Positions 12,571 to 25,917 of a DNA stretch of 64,000 bases are shown here, in pieces (the stretch's first letter is position 1; each line of letters opens with the position of its first letter). The position numbers were made by a program, and so were the translations under genes. Source of the stretch: Octopus sinensis (lineage: Eukaryota). A model generated the notes under the pieces. It was not told the DNA's origin. It did no database searches and saw nothing but the letters and a program-made list of their open reading frames with translations. The stretch is taken from contig NC_043005.1 in assembly GCF_006345805.1 (NCBI RefSeq), positions 27,652,001 through 27,716,000 of the forward strand, given 5' to 3'.

Positions 12571-13986
12571 ATATTCATGGAGCAGGTAAACAACACAGAC
12601 AGGGTTAGATTCATGTGGCGTATTTTATCATGTGATATGTCATCATCATCATCACCATTGAACATCCACTTTCCATGCTGGCATGGGTTGGATGATTTGA
12701 CTGAGGACTGGCGAACCAGATGGCTGCACCAGGCTCCAATCCCATCTGGCAATGTTTCAACAGCTGGATGCCCTTCCTTATGCCAACCACTCTGAGAGTG
12801 TAGTGGGTGCTTTCTATGTGCCACTGGCATGGGAGCCAGTCAGGCATGGGTTGGACGGTTTGACCTGGGCTAGTAAACTGGAAGATTGCACCAGGCTCCA
12901 ATCTGATTTGGCATGGTTTTCTATGGCTGGATGCCCTTCCTAATGCCAACCACTCAGAGTATAATGGGTGCTTTACATACATATATCCAACTTAACATGA
13001 ATGTCTCATTAGAAGAGTTTTCCTGATGAAGACTCTTCTGGAAGATTTTTAGGTTAATCATCATCATCATCATCATCATCATTTAACATCCGCTTTCCAT
13101 GCTAGCGTGGGTTGGACGGTTTGACTGAGGTCTGGCAAGCCAGTAGGCTGCACCAGACGGTATTGGCATCGACCATGCTCGAATGGTGCTTTTTATGTAC
13201 CACCAGCACAGGAGCTGGTCAGGTGGCACTGGAATAGACCACATTCAAATGGTGTTTTATACATGCCACCAGCACAGGAGCCTGTCAGGCGGTACTGGCA
13301 TCAACCTCCTCTCACAGGTAACATACCCAAGTAATCTGATAACTATTCCATATGATTGAGATAATATATAATAAATTATTTTTCCCACCCCAACAAAAAA
13401 TTCCCCTTTATAGGGATATCTAGTAACAATCTGGGTGTTACTTATTCTTATTGACAGCTATGGTGACCTGATGTAATATAGAATAAACTGTTCTGCTTTA
13501 GAAACACTAACAGAATACCAGCAGTAGGTTAGAACTCACAGACTACATCATCCAATAAGTCCATCTGTGCCACCTTTATGAAACAATCAATGTTTGATCT
13601 TATTTTCAGAATTGTTAAGTGAATCAGAGACCAACAGTCTTTAATCCTGGATAAGTCATTAATCAGTCACATCAAGAGTGAAAGTGAAAAATGTAAAACT
13701 TTAAGTCAATCAGAATTAGTAAAGGGTCAGCATTTCTTACATTCAGAGATCAAATCCTGAGATCAACTTTGCAGTCATTCCTTCCAAGGTCAATAAAATA
13801 AACTACCAATGGGAAAAAGTTCAGGGAACTATTACCTCGACAACATAAACCACAACATAAACCTGCTAGAAATCATATACAAATCTCCCTCAGATCACAC
13901 CCTTGTTCTCCTAAAAATAACACCCTGAATAATTCAGTCTAAGGTAGATTGTATCATCTAGTAAGTCAAAGAAACTGTAAATGAAC

Positions 13987-14320
13987 AAGGGTGTTTCTGT
14001 CAGAGTGAAGGGCAGATTGTATGATGCTTTGGTATGAAATGTAATGCTGCATGGTAGAGAGACATGGGCTTTGAATGTGTTAGGTTTATAAAGGCTGGAA
14101 AAAAAATGAAGTGTATTTGAATGGTGGAATACAAGTGATCTGAGAGACAAAATGAAATACGAGACGTTGGGTGTAGTAAGATCTGCAGAAAGAAGTGCCA
14201 AGTACTGAAAGTGGATGGAATCTGTAGAAGAGAAAAAACAAGGAAGCCATGGGGAAGTGACGAAGGTTGATCTCAAGATGCTGAACGTTAAAAAGGACAG
14301 TAATAAATTGTGAAACAAGG
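13987..14320 (+). mobile_element. Decayed RTE-clade LINE RT fragment
   Basis: KGVSVRVKGRLYDALV*NVMLHGRETWALNV. Confidence 0.75.
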
Positions 14321-15011
14321 TTCTGGGGGGAAGACTTACCCACCCTACCTTCCAAGTATGGAAAAATGCATTTAAAAAAATGACAATATTGATGGAAATT
14401 GGGATGTTTATATCTACAGATGATTCTCTTGACCATTTTGCCTACTGCACTCTGATTCTCTCTCCCATGGCATCACTTGTGTAATGAGGCTGTTCATTTA
14501 CAGTTTCTTTGCCTTACTTTTGGGGGAGGAGGCCAGTCGATTAGATCGATCCAGTACGCAACTGGTACTTAATTTATCAACCCCGAAAGGATGAAAGGCA
14601 AAGTCAACCTCGGCGGAATTCATGACTTAAATATTGGAGCCACTCGTCCAACGATCGGGGCGATGCGCAAGCGCGCACACACACACACACGCCACATACA
14701 TTTATACAATAATCGTTCGACCTACAAAAATAGCAAGCCTCTCTCCGATCCCTTTACAACGTCTTAAAACAGCAACTAAGAGAAAATCTCGTCCGACATG
14801 AATTGTCTAAATAAAAAGCGGGAATAACTTAGGTCATATATCTGCTCGATCATGGCTGACATGGAAGTTAAACAACAGCAAATCAATCCATCCTCGCCGA
14901 CCAGCAATTTTTCCTCTTCCTGCCTTCATATTTGGGAGTAGACGCGTGCTCATGTGTTTATAGACATTTGAGGACCGAAACAACTTCATGTCTGTCAACA
15001 TTAAGTTTCCA

Positions 15012-15100
15012 GTTACCGCAACTCTCGAATTTATTTATTATCTTCTCAGAGTAGCCTCCCTTGACCAATGTGTTATTTGGTAACCAGGAAGTGACGTCAC
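15012..15100 (+). promoter_or_regulatory. TTC26 proximal promoter: CCAAT, RFX X-box-like site and overlapping ETS-CRE
   Basis: GTTACCGCAAC 15012-15022; CCAAT 15065-15069; GTTATTTGGTAAC 15072-15084; CAGGAAGT 15085-15092 overlapping TGACGTCA 15092-15099; locally CpG-richer; the cluster ends about 40 nt before the ATG. Confidence 0.65.
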
Positions 15101-15137
15101 ACCGTGCCATGTTGTGTTCCTAAAGAGATTTGTCAAT

Positions 15138-15140
15138 ATG
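15138..15140 (+). CDS. TTC26: TTC26/IFT56 exon 1 (ATG only)
   Basis: caatATG|gtaagt; gives the MMLSRAKP N-terminus when joined to exon 2, as in vertebrate TTC26. Confidence 0.8.
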
Positions 15141-16466
15141 GTAAGTTGTTTAAAACTTTCTCGACTTCTTATCTTCTAAAATTTATCCAAATTTAATTAT
15201 TAATTATTACGATTAATTATTTTCTACAGTGTTTTGTTTTTTCTTTAAACGGTTTCCTATAAACTGGGAAAACGATATCTCCCGCCAGATTATATTGTCC
15301 CAGGGCGTTTGCTTGTCCTTAAAAAGTCTGCAAATGACCAAGTAAGAGACCTTATTTCTGGGGATTGATATGTTACTTGGTAGTATCGAACTATTGTATT
15401 ACTGTTATTACTTTAGTAGCTAAAATTCAAAGCTGTAGGGTGGGGGTTGTCCTCGGATCTGGCCTGTTGCAACAGACGACACCTTATACTTAGCGATGTG
15501 AAATAAAAACTTTTCAAACTACAAAGTAAATAACCGTGTACTTTTTTTTTTGCCCGTGTCCATGGCAGTTTGTGTTGGGGTTAGAGTTGAGTTTCAGAGC
15601 TTGCTTTGGGGTTAAGTTTTAGGGTCAGGGGGTTATGAGATGAGTAGTTACGGTTGGAAAGCCGTAATTCTGTTGAAATTCCCAGATTATGAGGTATGGA
15701 ATACCCGCTTAAAGATAGCCAAGGTAGTCAGTGGTGTTAGATAAAGAGACAGATTAAGACAACAGAATGGTCGCTATGATGGGCTTCCTCATAGTTTTCA
15801 TTGTTGCCGTAAGAGCTAAAGCAAGTTTTGCATGAAGAATGACCCAAAATTTCCCTAACAACCATTCAGAACATGTACAAGTTAATTCCTTGATGCATTA
15901 AAGTTGTGATGCCAAAGGTGGACCAAGTCCATCTTATAACTTTCATTTAATAAGATGTTTCCAATACATTGTCCAATCCCATGCCACCATGGGACATGAA
16001 TGTTGCATGTTGGTGACGATGATGTTTGTGTTTGCATCTCCTTGCCTTGACATCATGCAATAGTTATGAGTCACTGTCATTTCCAATCTTCTGAGAAATC
16101 ATATCTAATAATGGGAAAATGTTAACTTCTTTGGAAACAAGAAGGGAATCCGGACATGAAAAATATGCCTTAACAAATTTTGTCTGACTCATGCAAACAG
16201 GGAAATATGGACCTTAAAATAATGATCAGGATTGATATGGATATATTAACAAAATATTCTGTTTTGAAACCAATTGTTATTTGACTGTTGTGAGACTAAA
16301 ATATTGTATGTTATTAATAATAATTATATACCCTGCTCCATCATCTAATATACGAGTATCTCTTTTTTCTGACTCATGGATTTTTTGACACTCTGTGTGT
16401 GTAGTCAAGTATGCACACACACACACACAAAATTATCAAAAAACTGCTCTTGTTTCTGTTTGTTAG

Positions 16467-16604
16467 ATGCTCTCACGTGCTAAACCAGCCACAGGGGCTG
16501 GTAGGATCTCTGCTATCAAAGGTGACAGAAAGACACAAGAACTGCCCAAATTGGAAGATTTCTTACAGAAGAGAGATTATACTGGAGCTATTACTCTTCT
16601 TGAG
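16467..16604 (+). CDS. TTC26: TTC26/IFT56 exon 2
   Basis: tgttag|...GAG|gtaagt; MLSRAKPATGAGRISAIKGDRKTQELPKLEDFLQKRDYTGAITLLE. Confidence 0.96.
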
Positions 16605-16900
16605 GTAAGTGAACCCATAATTACATCTCTGTAGAATATTCCTCTCTTCGCACTAAAGTTAGGTATACCAAAATATATTTCCATATTTAGTCTTTTGTAC
16701 TGAATTCTGAATGTCTGCTCCAAATTCTTGGTAAATCAGACCGGATAACCTGAAAGACCTGCATCGAATACATTTATCTCTTGTCAGTTTCTTTTTAAAA
16801 CATGTCATGATGCTTAGAAAGTAACATCTTACTGCCATATTACTGTTGTTTATAGAGTTGCTATCAAGAATACACATGGGTAAGCTAGTTAAAATATTAA

Positions 16901-17118
16901 CCCTTTCATTACTGTATTTATTTTGAGATGCTCTGTTTCTTTCAGTTACTTTAAATATAATAAAGAATTTGGTAAAATAACTTAGTTATTATTCAGTTAG
17001 TGTTAGGAGCATAAATTATGACTAAGGTTTGGTGGAAGATTGTAATTCAAAACTTATGAAAACAAGATATTTGTACTCAGAGCCAGAGCCAGTTTCAGCC
17101 GGGTTGGTAACAAAAGGG
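16901..17118. mobile_element. piggyBac-type MITE
   Basis: TTAA|CCCTTT...AAAGGG|TTTA; homologous to 58957-59178 and 59210-59427. Confidence 0.8.
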
Positions 17119-18011
17119 TTTATGTTAGTCTGAATCTGTTAAGGTTGTTGTTACATCAAGCACAACTTGAAAATAAAATATGGATCTACAGAATGCTAGT
17201 TCAGATCTCAGTATTGTTATGTTGTGCTTCTAAGCAAGACAACTAACTTTGGTTGTTGTGGTCTGCCTGACTGGATAACAAAAACAGGCTCCACCTTCAT
17301 CTCATGCTTTGCCAGAGTAACAAGGCACTAAACATCCTTGCCTGGACTGACATAGCAATAAACCCTCTTGAATCAATCTCACAATATGACAGTTAAAATA
17401 AGCAGAAAGAGAGAAGGCCATGTTGATAAACAAAGTTTCAATCAATAATTACTAGTGGCAAACTGGCAGAATGATTACTGTACTGGCCAAAATTCTTAAT
17501 GCCATTTCTTATGGCCTTACATTCTTTGTTCAAATGCCTTTGAGGTCAGCTTTGTCTTTCATCTTTTTTAGGGTCAATAAAATAAGTACCAGATGAGTAT
17601 TGGGGTCGATGACATCACCTTACTGCCTCCCCTCGAATTGCTGGCCTTGTATTAAAATTTAAAACCATCATTTTGTTAATTGATAACTTACAGAACCAAT
17701 ATTAAATCTTGTTTTCTCACTTAAAGAAGAAAGATTTCTTTGATCTCAAGAAAACCAAAGTTTATCTAAATTTTCAAAGCTTTTATACAACTAAAAGGTG
17801 AAGGTTTCACACTCAATGGCAGACTTTCATGGGGTTAACTGCCGACTGATGCTGGTATTCATTTACACTTTGTAGACTGAAACGACATGAAATGCCATGA
17901 TCAAGGACAGAATGTATCACCTGGTTTTGTAATTGAATTCACAACCTAATGGTTGTAGAAAATTACTATTCGTAAATCTCACATCAAGAGATATTCTGCA
18001 ACAGTACTTTG

Positions 18012-18203
18012 GAGTAAAGATTATTTGCCAACATAACATGGCAATCCTGGTTTAGGTTGAATGTTGCTGTAAAAGAAAAAAATATATAAGGACAGAGATC
18101 ATGTCATATAACCAGCTGGAGGTGATGTCTCCCGGGACTAAATTACAGCAGCATTCTTCCTAAACCAGGACAGCCATGTTATGTTGGCAAATAATCTTTA
18201 CTC
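18012..18203. mobile_element. MITE-like element with ~60-bp TIRs; partial copy at 5293-5414
   Basis: GAGTAAAGATTATTTGCCAACATAACATGGC ... GCCATGTTATGTTGGCAAATAATCTTTACTC. Confidence 0.78.
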
Positions 18204-18311
18204 TAATGGGTGTAAGCCCAACACTCTAACCACTGAGCCACACTACTTTACTTTGTGTGTAATCTATAAATGAAGAATTCTATTGCTGTTCTTTGTTGTT
18301 TTATTGTCCAG

Positions 18312-18404
18312 TTTAACAGGTCCAGTGGCAAAACTGATATTGATACTGACCTATGGATAGCCTGTTGTCTCTTCCACCTTGGTGACTATAAAGGAGCAAT
18401 GGAG
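18312..18404 (+). CDS. TTC26: TTC26/IFT56 exon 3
   Basis: tccag|...|gtaagt; FNRSSGKTDIDTDLWIACCLFHLGDYKGAME. Confidence 0.95.
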
Positions 18405-19506
18405 GTAAGTTTTCACAGTATTATTTGATGTAGTTTATGGCCAATTATCCATTATATGCAATAGAAGCAATATTAGGTTAAAATAACCATCTTTGTATCA
18501 TACTTAATGTAAATATATCATTTAAAGGTAAATTTACTGTTTTTAAATACAGCATGTCCATGAGAGATGTTATCTCTGGATGAATACCACAGTAAATTTG
18601 TCCTTCAATGATGTATTTACATCAAGTATTACACATAGATGGCTGTTACAGCTAATTATTTTGTTTATCTTTAGTAAGGGTTGTTGTTGTTTAACACCAG
18701 GTCAGTCCTGATTCACCAGGCCTTATGATCATCCAATTGTTTATTCAGTCATAATATATCTAGGAATGCATTATCAAATGTATCCTTCTTTGTTGTTGTT
18801 TATTATCTGAGCAACTCTGATCCATCAGATCGATGGTATTCCTTCTGTAACTATTCTGTCTTTTATTTAGACATAATTTATCTAAGAATATATCATCCAG
18901 TGTGTCCTTTCTGTTTTAAGACAGTAGGTGTGATTTGAAGGGGATGTGACTGCTGGAGATTTGGCTGCTATTTTTAACAGGCCAGGTGACCCTATCGATG
19001 TTCCTTTATTGGCTTGTTCAGCTAGTGAGATGTCACAGCAAGCGAAATTTGAGACAAATCATTGCTATTATTATTACAGTTATTACAGAAAGGCAGTGAG
19101 CTGACAGAATCGTTAGCACAATGGGCGAAATGCTTAGTGATATTTCATCTGCTGCTACATTCTGAGTTCAAATTCCGCCAAGGTCGACTTTGCCTTTCAT
19201 CCTTTTGGGGTCAATAAATTAAGTACCAGTTGCGTACTAGGCTCCATGTAATTGACTTAATCCCTTCCCCCAAATTCAAGACCTTATGCTTCCAATAGAA
19301 AGGATTATTATTATGGTTATTTAGTTATGGTTCTTTACATAAGTTCAAATCCAGCTGAGGTCAGCTTTGTCTTTCATCTTTTTGGGTTGATGAAATAAGC
19401 ATCTGTTATTTCCATACTGGGGATTGATTTTATTGACCACCCACTCTCCCGAATTTCCAGGTCTTGTGCCTATAATAGAAACATTATCATTATTACTATT
19501 ATTATT

Positions 19507-20030
19507 GAGTGAGAGAGCAGTGCATGCCATCAAAGTGACACTGGGGTACAAACATGCAAAGCCCAATATACCCATCATGACTACCTGTCTGATGAGGGTA
19601 CACCAGGCACATACATCACAGCTATATGTGCGCAGCATGGTGGTCTCATATCAAGATTAACAGTGCATGACTTAGAGGTGGGGCTCAGTTTGAGTTTTCT
19701 TCAGGTCAAGTAGCCCATCCTGCTCAAAAGGTCCCTGAATAAGGGTTGTTTAAGAGTGACTTATTGAAACCCCCAAAAATTCCTTTCAACACATTGGCTA
19801 TAATGCTCCCCCACTACACCTGCTCATGATCAGAGATACACATATCGTCAGCCAGTAAGGGACATGCTCAACTGGCTAAGGTCAAGCAACTGACAAGGAA
19901 ATCTGTGGTATTGAGTAGAATATTTGCTGTAGCCCATCTTTTATACCAAGACAAAACAATGTACATGATAACACTTACAATCAGTCAAGATCAGAAGCCA
20001 TGAGAGCCACTGTCTGGAGCTGCATCAGGG
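19507..20030. repeat. ~530-bp dispersed repeat bounded by (ATT)n; second copy 41349-41903
   Basis: The two copies align end to end; no ORF recognised. Confidence 0.85.
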
Positions 20031-20059
20031 TTTTACTATTATTATTATTATTATTATCA

Positions 20060-20560
20060 TTGCCTTTGCACAGCTTCTAATGCTAGAGATGTACTAAGGT
20101 GTCAGCTGTTCATTACCAGTGAACTAAGGTAACACCCCTTATTTTTTGAGCACCTTCCAGAGTATTCAAGTGGTTGCAAGCAGTGCTGTTTTCTGCAAGT
20201 GCTCTACCCTTATTGCAGTCGCTATTTGTTCCACGTGGTTCTCAAGATTTTTGCTCACTGTTCCCAGGGCTCCACAAGTTATTGGTACTACTACCACCTT
20301 TTCCATCGACTACAACTGCTTAACCTCCCAAGCTAACCTGTCATATCTATTGACTTTTCTTTCTTCCTTATCACATACCTTGTTGTCAGCTGGGCATGCT
20401 ATATCTACGATCCAGCATAGTTTGCTTTCTTTCTCAATTAACTCTATGTCTGGCTTCCTATTTTCTATCTCATGGTCGCACTGAATCATAAAATCCCACA
20501 GGATCTTTGCATTAGCATTTTCAATGATGCCTTTGGATTTATGGTTGTACCAATTTTTTA
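20060..20560 (-). mobile_element. R4/Dong-like LINE 3' fragment
   Basis: KILWDFMIQCDHEIENRKPDI...IVDIACP...KVNRYDRL; (TAA)n tail. Confidence 0.85.
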
Positions 20561-20904
20561 CTGTCATCATCATCATCATTATTATTATTATATGTTTGGG
20601 TTTTGCTTTGCATTTGTACAAGTTGACTCCAAGTCTCGCCCACAGACCTCAAGAGACAACTAGTTAGAAGTTCATATTGTTATGCCTAGGGTGCCATATA
20701 TTTGGTTTTGTACATAGTGTTGTTCTTGGGAATGTTTAAGAAAACATAAGAAAATTATAAGTTTGTTTTAAAATTTGAGATTACATAGACAGTATTTTAC
20801 GTAGGATATGGACAGTTCCCATGAGCACTATCTTTTGAATTTCTGCCATTTTGGGGTTTCCTGGTATCTGAGCTAGGTAGCAATCAGCCCCTTTTGCATT
20901 TGTG

Positions 20905-20937
<33 letters not shown>

Positions 20938-21152
20938 TAAGGCAGTGAGCTGGTAGAATCGTTATCACAGCAAAATGCTTCATTGTATTTGATCCATCTT
21001 TACATTCTGAGTTCAAATTCCACTGAGGTCTTGCTGTCATCCTTTTGGGGGTTGATAAATTAATTACCAATTGTATACGAGGGTTCACGTAATAGACTAT
21101 TTCTTTCCCCAAAAATTTCAGGCCTTGTGCCTTTTGGTAGAAAGGATTATTA

Positions 21153-21187
<35 letters not shown>

Positions 21188-21357
21188 CATTATTAGTAAT
21201 AGTAGTAGTAGTAGTAGTAGTAGTAGTAAGATGGTGAGCTGGAAGCATTATTAGCATGTTGGGCAAAATGCTTAGCAGCATTCCATCCGTCTTTACATTC
21301 TGAGTTCAAATTCCGCCGAGGTTGACTTTGACTTTCATTTTTTTCTGATTGTCTTAG

Positions 21358-21472
21358 ATTTACGAAAAGGTGACAAACCGCAAGGAATTCCTCCCAGAAG
21401 TTTGGAATTATTTAGCTTGTGCCTATTTTCTTCTTGGAATGTATCCCGAGGCATACGAAGCTTCTAAGAAAG
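21358..21472 (+). CDS. TTC26: TTC26/IFT56 exon 4
   Basis: cttag|...|gtaaga; IYEKVTNRKEFLPEVWNYLACAYFLLGMYPEAYEASKK. Confidence 0.95.
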
Positions 21473-22832
21473 GTAAGAAAATGCTCATTTCCCTATAGAA
21501 GGGACATTTTTAAAGACCAAATATTCCTGCTGTCAGTTTATGTATTTATGTATTATCATGAGAAAAATATTTGAATAGTTCTGCAGTTACAGTATAAATG
21601 AATTACTGGAGTATGGACGTTGGATCTGCAATAATTAGTGTGTGTATAAGCTAGTTAAGGAAGTGAAAAGACTGCTCTTGACATTGGCAAATCCTGACTA
21701 AATGCTTTGTGATTTATAGTTACATATATTTATGTTGTGAGTTCAAATCTTACTGGAATTGTTTTTGCCTTTCATTCCTCCTGAAGTCAATAAAATATGT
21801 ACCAGTCACATATTGGGATCGATTCGATTGATTATAGCCTCCACTTAAATTTTGTGATCTCTTGTAAGGAATTCATCACCTTCATCATCATCATCATCAT
21901 CATCATCATTAACATCAGCATCACCATCATCAACACCATCATCATCAGCATCATCATCATCATCATCATTTGTATTATTATTGGACAGAGAGCTTGAAAG
22001 TGATAGGAATAGTAGAACAATAAATTAAGAATGTTTTACAGTGTTTATTTTCAAATATCTATGCTCTGAGATCAAATCCTGCCGAAGTTAAGACTGTCTA
22101 ATAAGTAGCCATTTCTGTTGATAAAATCTTTAACCTGAAGAGCACTCCCAATGAGAAACTTAGGGTAGTAAGTCTCACTGAATATCATTACTGGGTAAAA
22201 AAAAATTATATTTATGTATGTATGTTTCATCACCATCATTTACTGTCCATTTTCCATGCTGTCGTGCTCAGAGTTTGACGAGATCCAACAGGTTCAAAGA
22301 TGGCATTGTGCACCGCTATTTTTTTTGGGATGAGTTTCCGCTGCCAGATGCCTTTCCTGACATCACTCATTTTACAGTGTGTACGGGATGCTTTTTTTTT
22401 CATGCTACCAGCACTCATGAGGTTACCTTACAGCTTGCAAAATTATGAACCCCAAGGGAGGCAACTTTATGCAAGGAGATAAGGGGTTAAAGTATGAGAA
22501 AAGGGGCCAGAGCAGAATGGGTTTCTTTGCTGTATGACTGCTCACATTTTAGAAGGGAGTTGGGACTGATCAGGATGGCGATGAGAAGAGATAAAAATAG
22601 TGGTAAGGTGTCTGAGTGAACCCTCAAGTTATGAAATGAGCAGACATGAGTGAGGATAGAAGAATCGAGAGTGTGGCAGGGTAGGGGCTGTGAATAAGTA
22701 TATTTTTTTCTTTTACTTGTTTTAGTCATGAAGAATTTTACTTGTTTTGCCATGAAGAATTTTTAGTCAAATGAATCAACCTCAGTACTTTATATATATA
22801 TTGTGATTTGTTTATTTTTCTTCTATGGAAAG

Positions 22833-23028
22833 GTCCCAAAACAGGTCTACAGAACAGGCTGCTGTTTCACCTCTCCCACAAGTTCAGTGATGAAAACAGT
22901 TTGATGGATTACCACCAGAATCTTCAGGATATTCTTGAAGACCAGTTGTCCCTTGCAGCTATACATTACTTACGTAACCATTACCAAGAAGCTATTGATG
23001 TTTATAAGAGGATCCTTCTAGACAACAG
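22833..23028 (+). CDS. TTC26: TTC26/IFT56 exon 5
   Basis: gaaag|...|gtaagc; [66 protein letters not shown]. Confidence 0.97.
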
Positions 23029-23132
23029 GTAAGCCTATCCACAACACTGTTCAGTGATCTTTACAACAATACTTAGTGCCCTGTGAAATTAAGTAGAATT
23101 CATTTTGTACAGTTCACAGGTCCTTATTCATC

Positions 23133-23812
23133 CCTGGATGAGGACAGCTGGGTGAAAAAGTGTCACACTCCAGCAGTAGTGGGAACCTGTGGAAGAGGTA
23201 GACCCCAGAAGACCTGGGATGAAGTGGTGAAGCACGACCTTCAAACGTTGGGCCTCACCAAGGTAATGACAAGTGACCGAGACCTTTGGAGATATGCTGT
23301 GCTTGAGAAGACCTGGCAAACCAAGTGAGACTGTAACTCTGGCCTATGCCAGTGCAGCATAACCAGCCCATTTAAGAGCACTTTTCATGATTATTGGACA
23401 ATAAACTGCATTTGCGAAGACCTGTTGAGGCAAGTAAAGTCATTGTTGTGGCTGATGACAGTACCCCCTAATTGGCACCCATGCCAGTGGCACATAAAGA
23501 GCACCATTCAAGTGTGGTCGATACTAGTGCCGGCTGACTGGTCTCATGCCAGTGGCACATAAAAAGCACCATCTGAGCATGGTCATTATCAGTGCCACCT
23601 TACTGGCCCCTGTGCCGGTGACATGTAAAAAGCACCCACTACACTCTCAGAGTGGTTGGCATTAGGAAGGGCATCCAGCTGTAGAAACATTGCCAGATTG
23701 GATTGGAGCCTGGTACACCCTCCTGGTTTGCCAGTTCTGAGTCAAACCGTCCAACCCATGCCAGTGTGGAAAGAGGACATTAAGCGACTACGACAATGAT
23801 GATGATGATGAT
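23133..23812 (+). mobile_element. RTE-clade LINE 3' end + 3' UTR + (GAT)n tail
   Basis: SWVKKC...GRGRPQKTWDEVVKHDL...DRDLWR; the 3' UTR/tail recurs many times in the window. Confidence 0.88.
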
Positions 23813-24510
23813 TATTATTATCCTCATTGAACCTTTTTGGTGGTCCTGTTTCTATGCAGTGTAATTAATATGTTTTTGAAAATAATCAAACACAGACGTA
23901 GTTAAAATGGCTGAAACCGTATTATTTATGGTTAACTAGCATTCAGAACACGACTAACAGTAAATGTTTTAAGGAACTGAAATCTCACATCATTATCATT
24001 CAGATGTTATAATGTATTAAATATTATTGATTTAATATTGAGGTTTTTACCAAAACTTGTTTTTAAATATGAATACTCTACCATCTTTCCAGCAATGATG
24101 ACTTTGGCCATCATTTTTAATTAAATATCTCCACCACCTGTGGACCTGCTTATGAAATCAAAAAGCAGTGGAGTTCCCATAACTTTTGGAAACTTTTTTT
24201 TTCCACTTAGAATTATTGAAGCATGTAATAAACTACACACATCAGTTGTTAGCTGTCAGGACCTTCTTCAAAACTTGCCTACATTACTTCTGACAAGTCT
24301 CGGCACCTTTCCCGTTTGTGGGTCTTTTATTCTTCACTTTGCTGTCTTTTTGTCTTTTGATCCCATGTCCATGCTTTTAGCTTTCATTGCTCTTTCTCTC
24401 TTTATTTGATTTCTGTGGCTACCTTATTCCCCTTCTTTTAATCTTATCCAGTGAGGTGTAGTGACCTGAGCTTTATATACAATAAGCTCATTGTTATTAT
24501 TATTATTATG

Positions 24511-24727
24511 AAGGTGGCGAGCTGGCGGAAACGTTAGCATGCCGGGTGAAATGCGTAGCCGTATTTCGTCTGCGGCTACGTTCTGAGTTCAAATTCCGCC
24601 AAGGTTGACTTTGCCTTTCATCCTTTCGAGGTCGATAAATTAAGTACCAGTTATGCACTGGAGTCGATAGAATCGACTTAATCTGTTTGTCCTCTCTATG
24701 TTTAGCTCCTTGTGGGTAGTAAAGAAA
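24511..24727 (+). mobile_element. tRNA-derived SINE family S1 (best copy; more than 10 others, e.g. 19090, 20939, 21229, 41108, 48175, and minus-strand 48795, 49370, 49590)
   Basis: A-box TGGCGAGCTGG, B-box GAGTTCAAATTC, conserved body GACTTTGCCTTTCATCCTTTC. Confidence 0.88.
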
Positions 24728-24744
24728 TATATTATTATTATTAT

Positions 24745-25005
24745 TTTATGTTTGACTTTCGCTTTGTATTTGTACAAGTTAACTCCAAGTCTCACCCAAA
24801 GACCTCAAGAGACAACAGGTTAGTTCATGTTGGTGTTATACCTAGGGTGTTATATATTTGGTTTTGCACAAAGTATTGTTCTCGAGAATGTTTAAGAAAA
24901 CATAAGAAAATTATGAGTTGGTTTTAAAATTTGAGATTACATAGACAGTATTTTACGTTGGAATTGGGCAGTTCCCATGAGCACTATCTTTTGAATTTCC
25001 TTCAT
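24745..25005. repeat. (ATT)n-flanked dispersed repeat; other copies ~3990-4140 and ~20590-20850
   Basis: Shared GACCTCAAGAGACAA...CCTAGGGTG...GAATGTTTAAGAAA. Confidence 0.8.
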
Positions 25006-25377
25006 TATTATTATTATTATTAAATTTCTATAATTTTGAATTACAAAGACAGACTTACTGTCAAAATATCGTTCAACCAATAAAATATGTATTACAATCG
25101 AATCGTGCTCTTCATCTTAACTGTTTACCTTTGTGAAGAGTTACATCAATCCTTTTAAAATTATTATTATTATTATTATTATTATCATTATTATTAGCAA
25201 GCCAATTAGCTGACAGAATCATTAGCTTGTCAGACAAAATGCTTAGTGGCGTATTTCTTCCTGTCTTTATGTTTTGAGCTCAAATCAGTCAGTCTGTCTT
25301 TCTCTCTCTTTCTCTCTCTCCGTCTGTCTGTTTTGTCTATCTATCTATCTATCTATTTATTTATTTATTTATTGTAG

Positions 25378-25447
25378 AGATTACCTGGCGTTGAATGTCT
25401 ATATAGCCCTGTGTTACCATAAACTGGATTACTATGATGTCTCACAA
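25378..25447 (+). CDS. TTC26: TTC26/IFT56 exon 6
   Basis: tgtag|...|gtaagt; DYLALNVYIALCYHKLDYYDVSQ. Confidence 0.97.
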
Positions 25448-25868
25448 GTAAGTACTTCATATATAAAATTGATTCTCGAAAGAAAGGCAGACAACAGATT
25501 AGATGTAGGACTACCATCGGTCAAGGTCGACTGTACGTCTACATATGCATTTACAGACCAAGCCTTCTCCTCTTCACACCACTGATGTTAACCAACGGAA
25601 AGGCCACTGACTTTGGTCAATACCACTAGGCATCAGTGTCATCACAAGCATTGCTCTGATGGAATTGGTAAAACTGTTTGAAGGCTGGACAAGATATCAC
25701 AAGGCATCATCTTGACCAACCTTCCAAATGTCCTCACAATCCACTGCCTTGGACTTGCACTTTCTTTTTCTACCTTTGCATGATTTGAACTCAGAATGTG
25801 GACAGTTGGAACAATTACCACTCTGCATTCTCTCCAACATTCTAACATCTCAACCAATTTCTGACTGG

Positions 25869-25917
<49 letters not shown>

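Noticed and set aside
13023-13055. CTGATGAAGAC hammerhead-like start
   Set aside because: No helix II closure and no GAAA-NUH.
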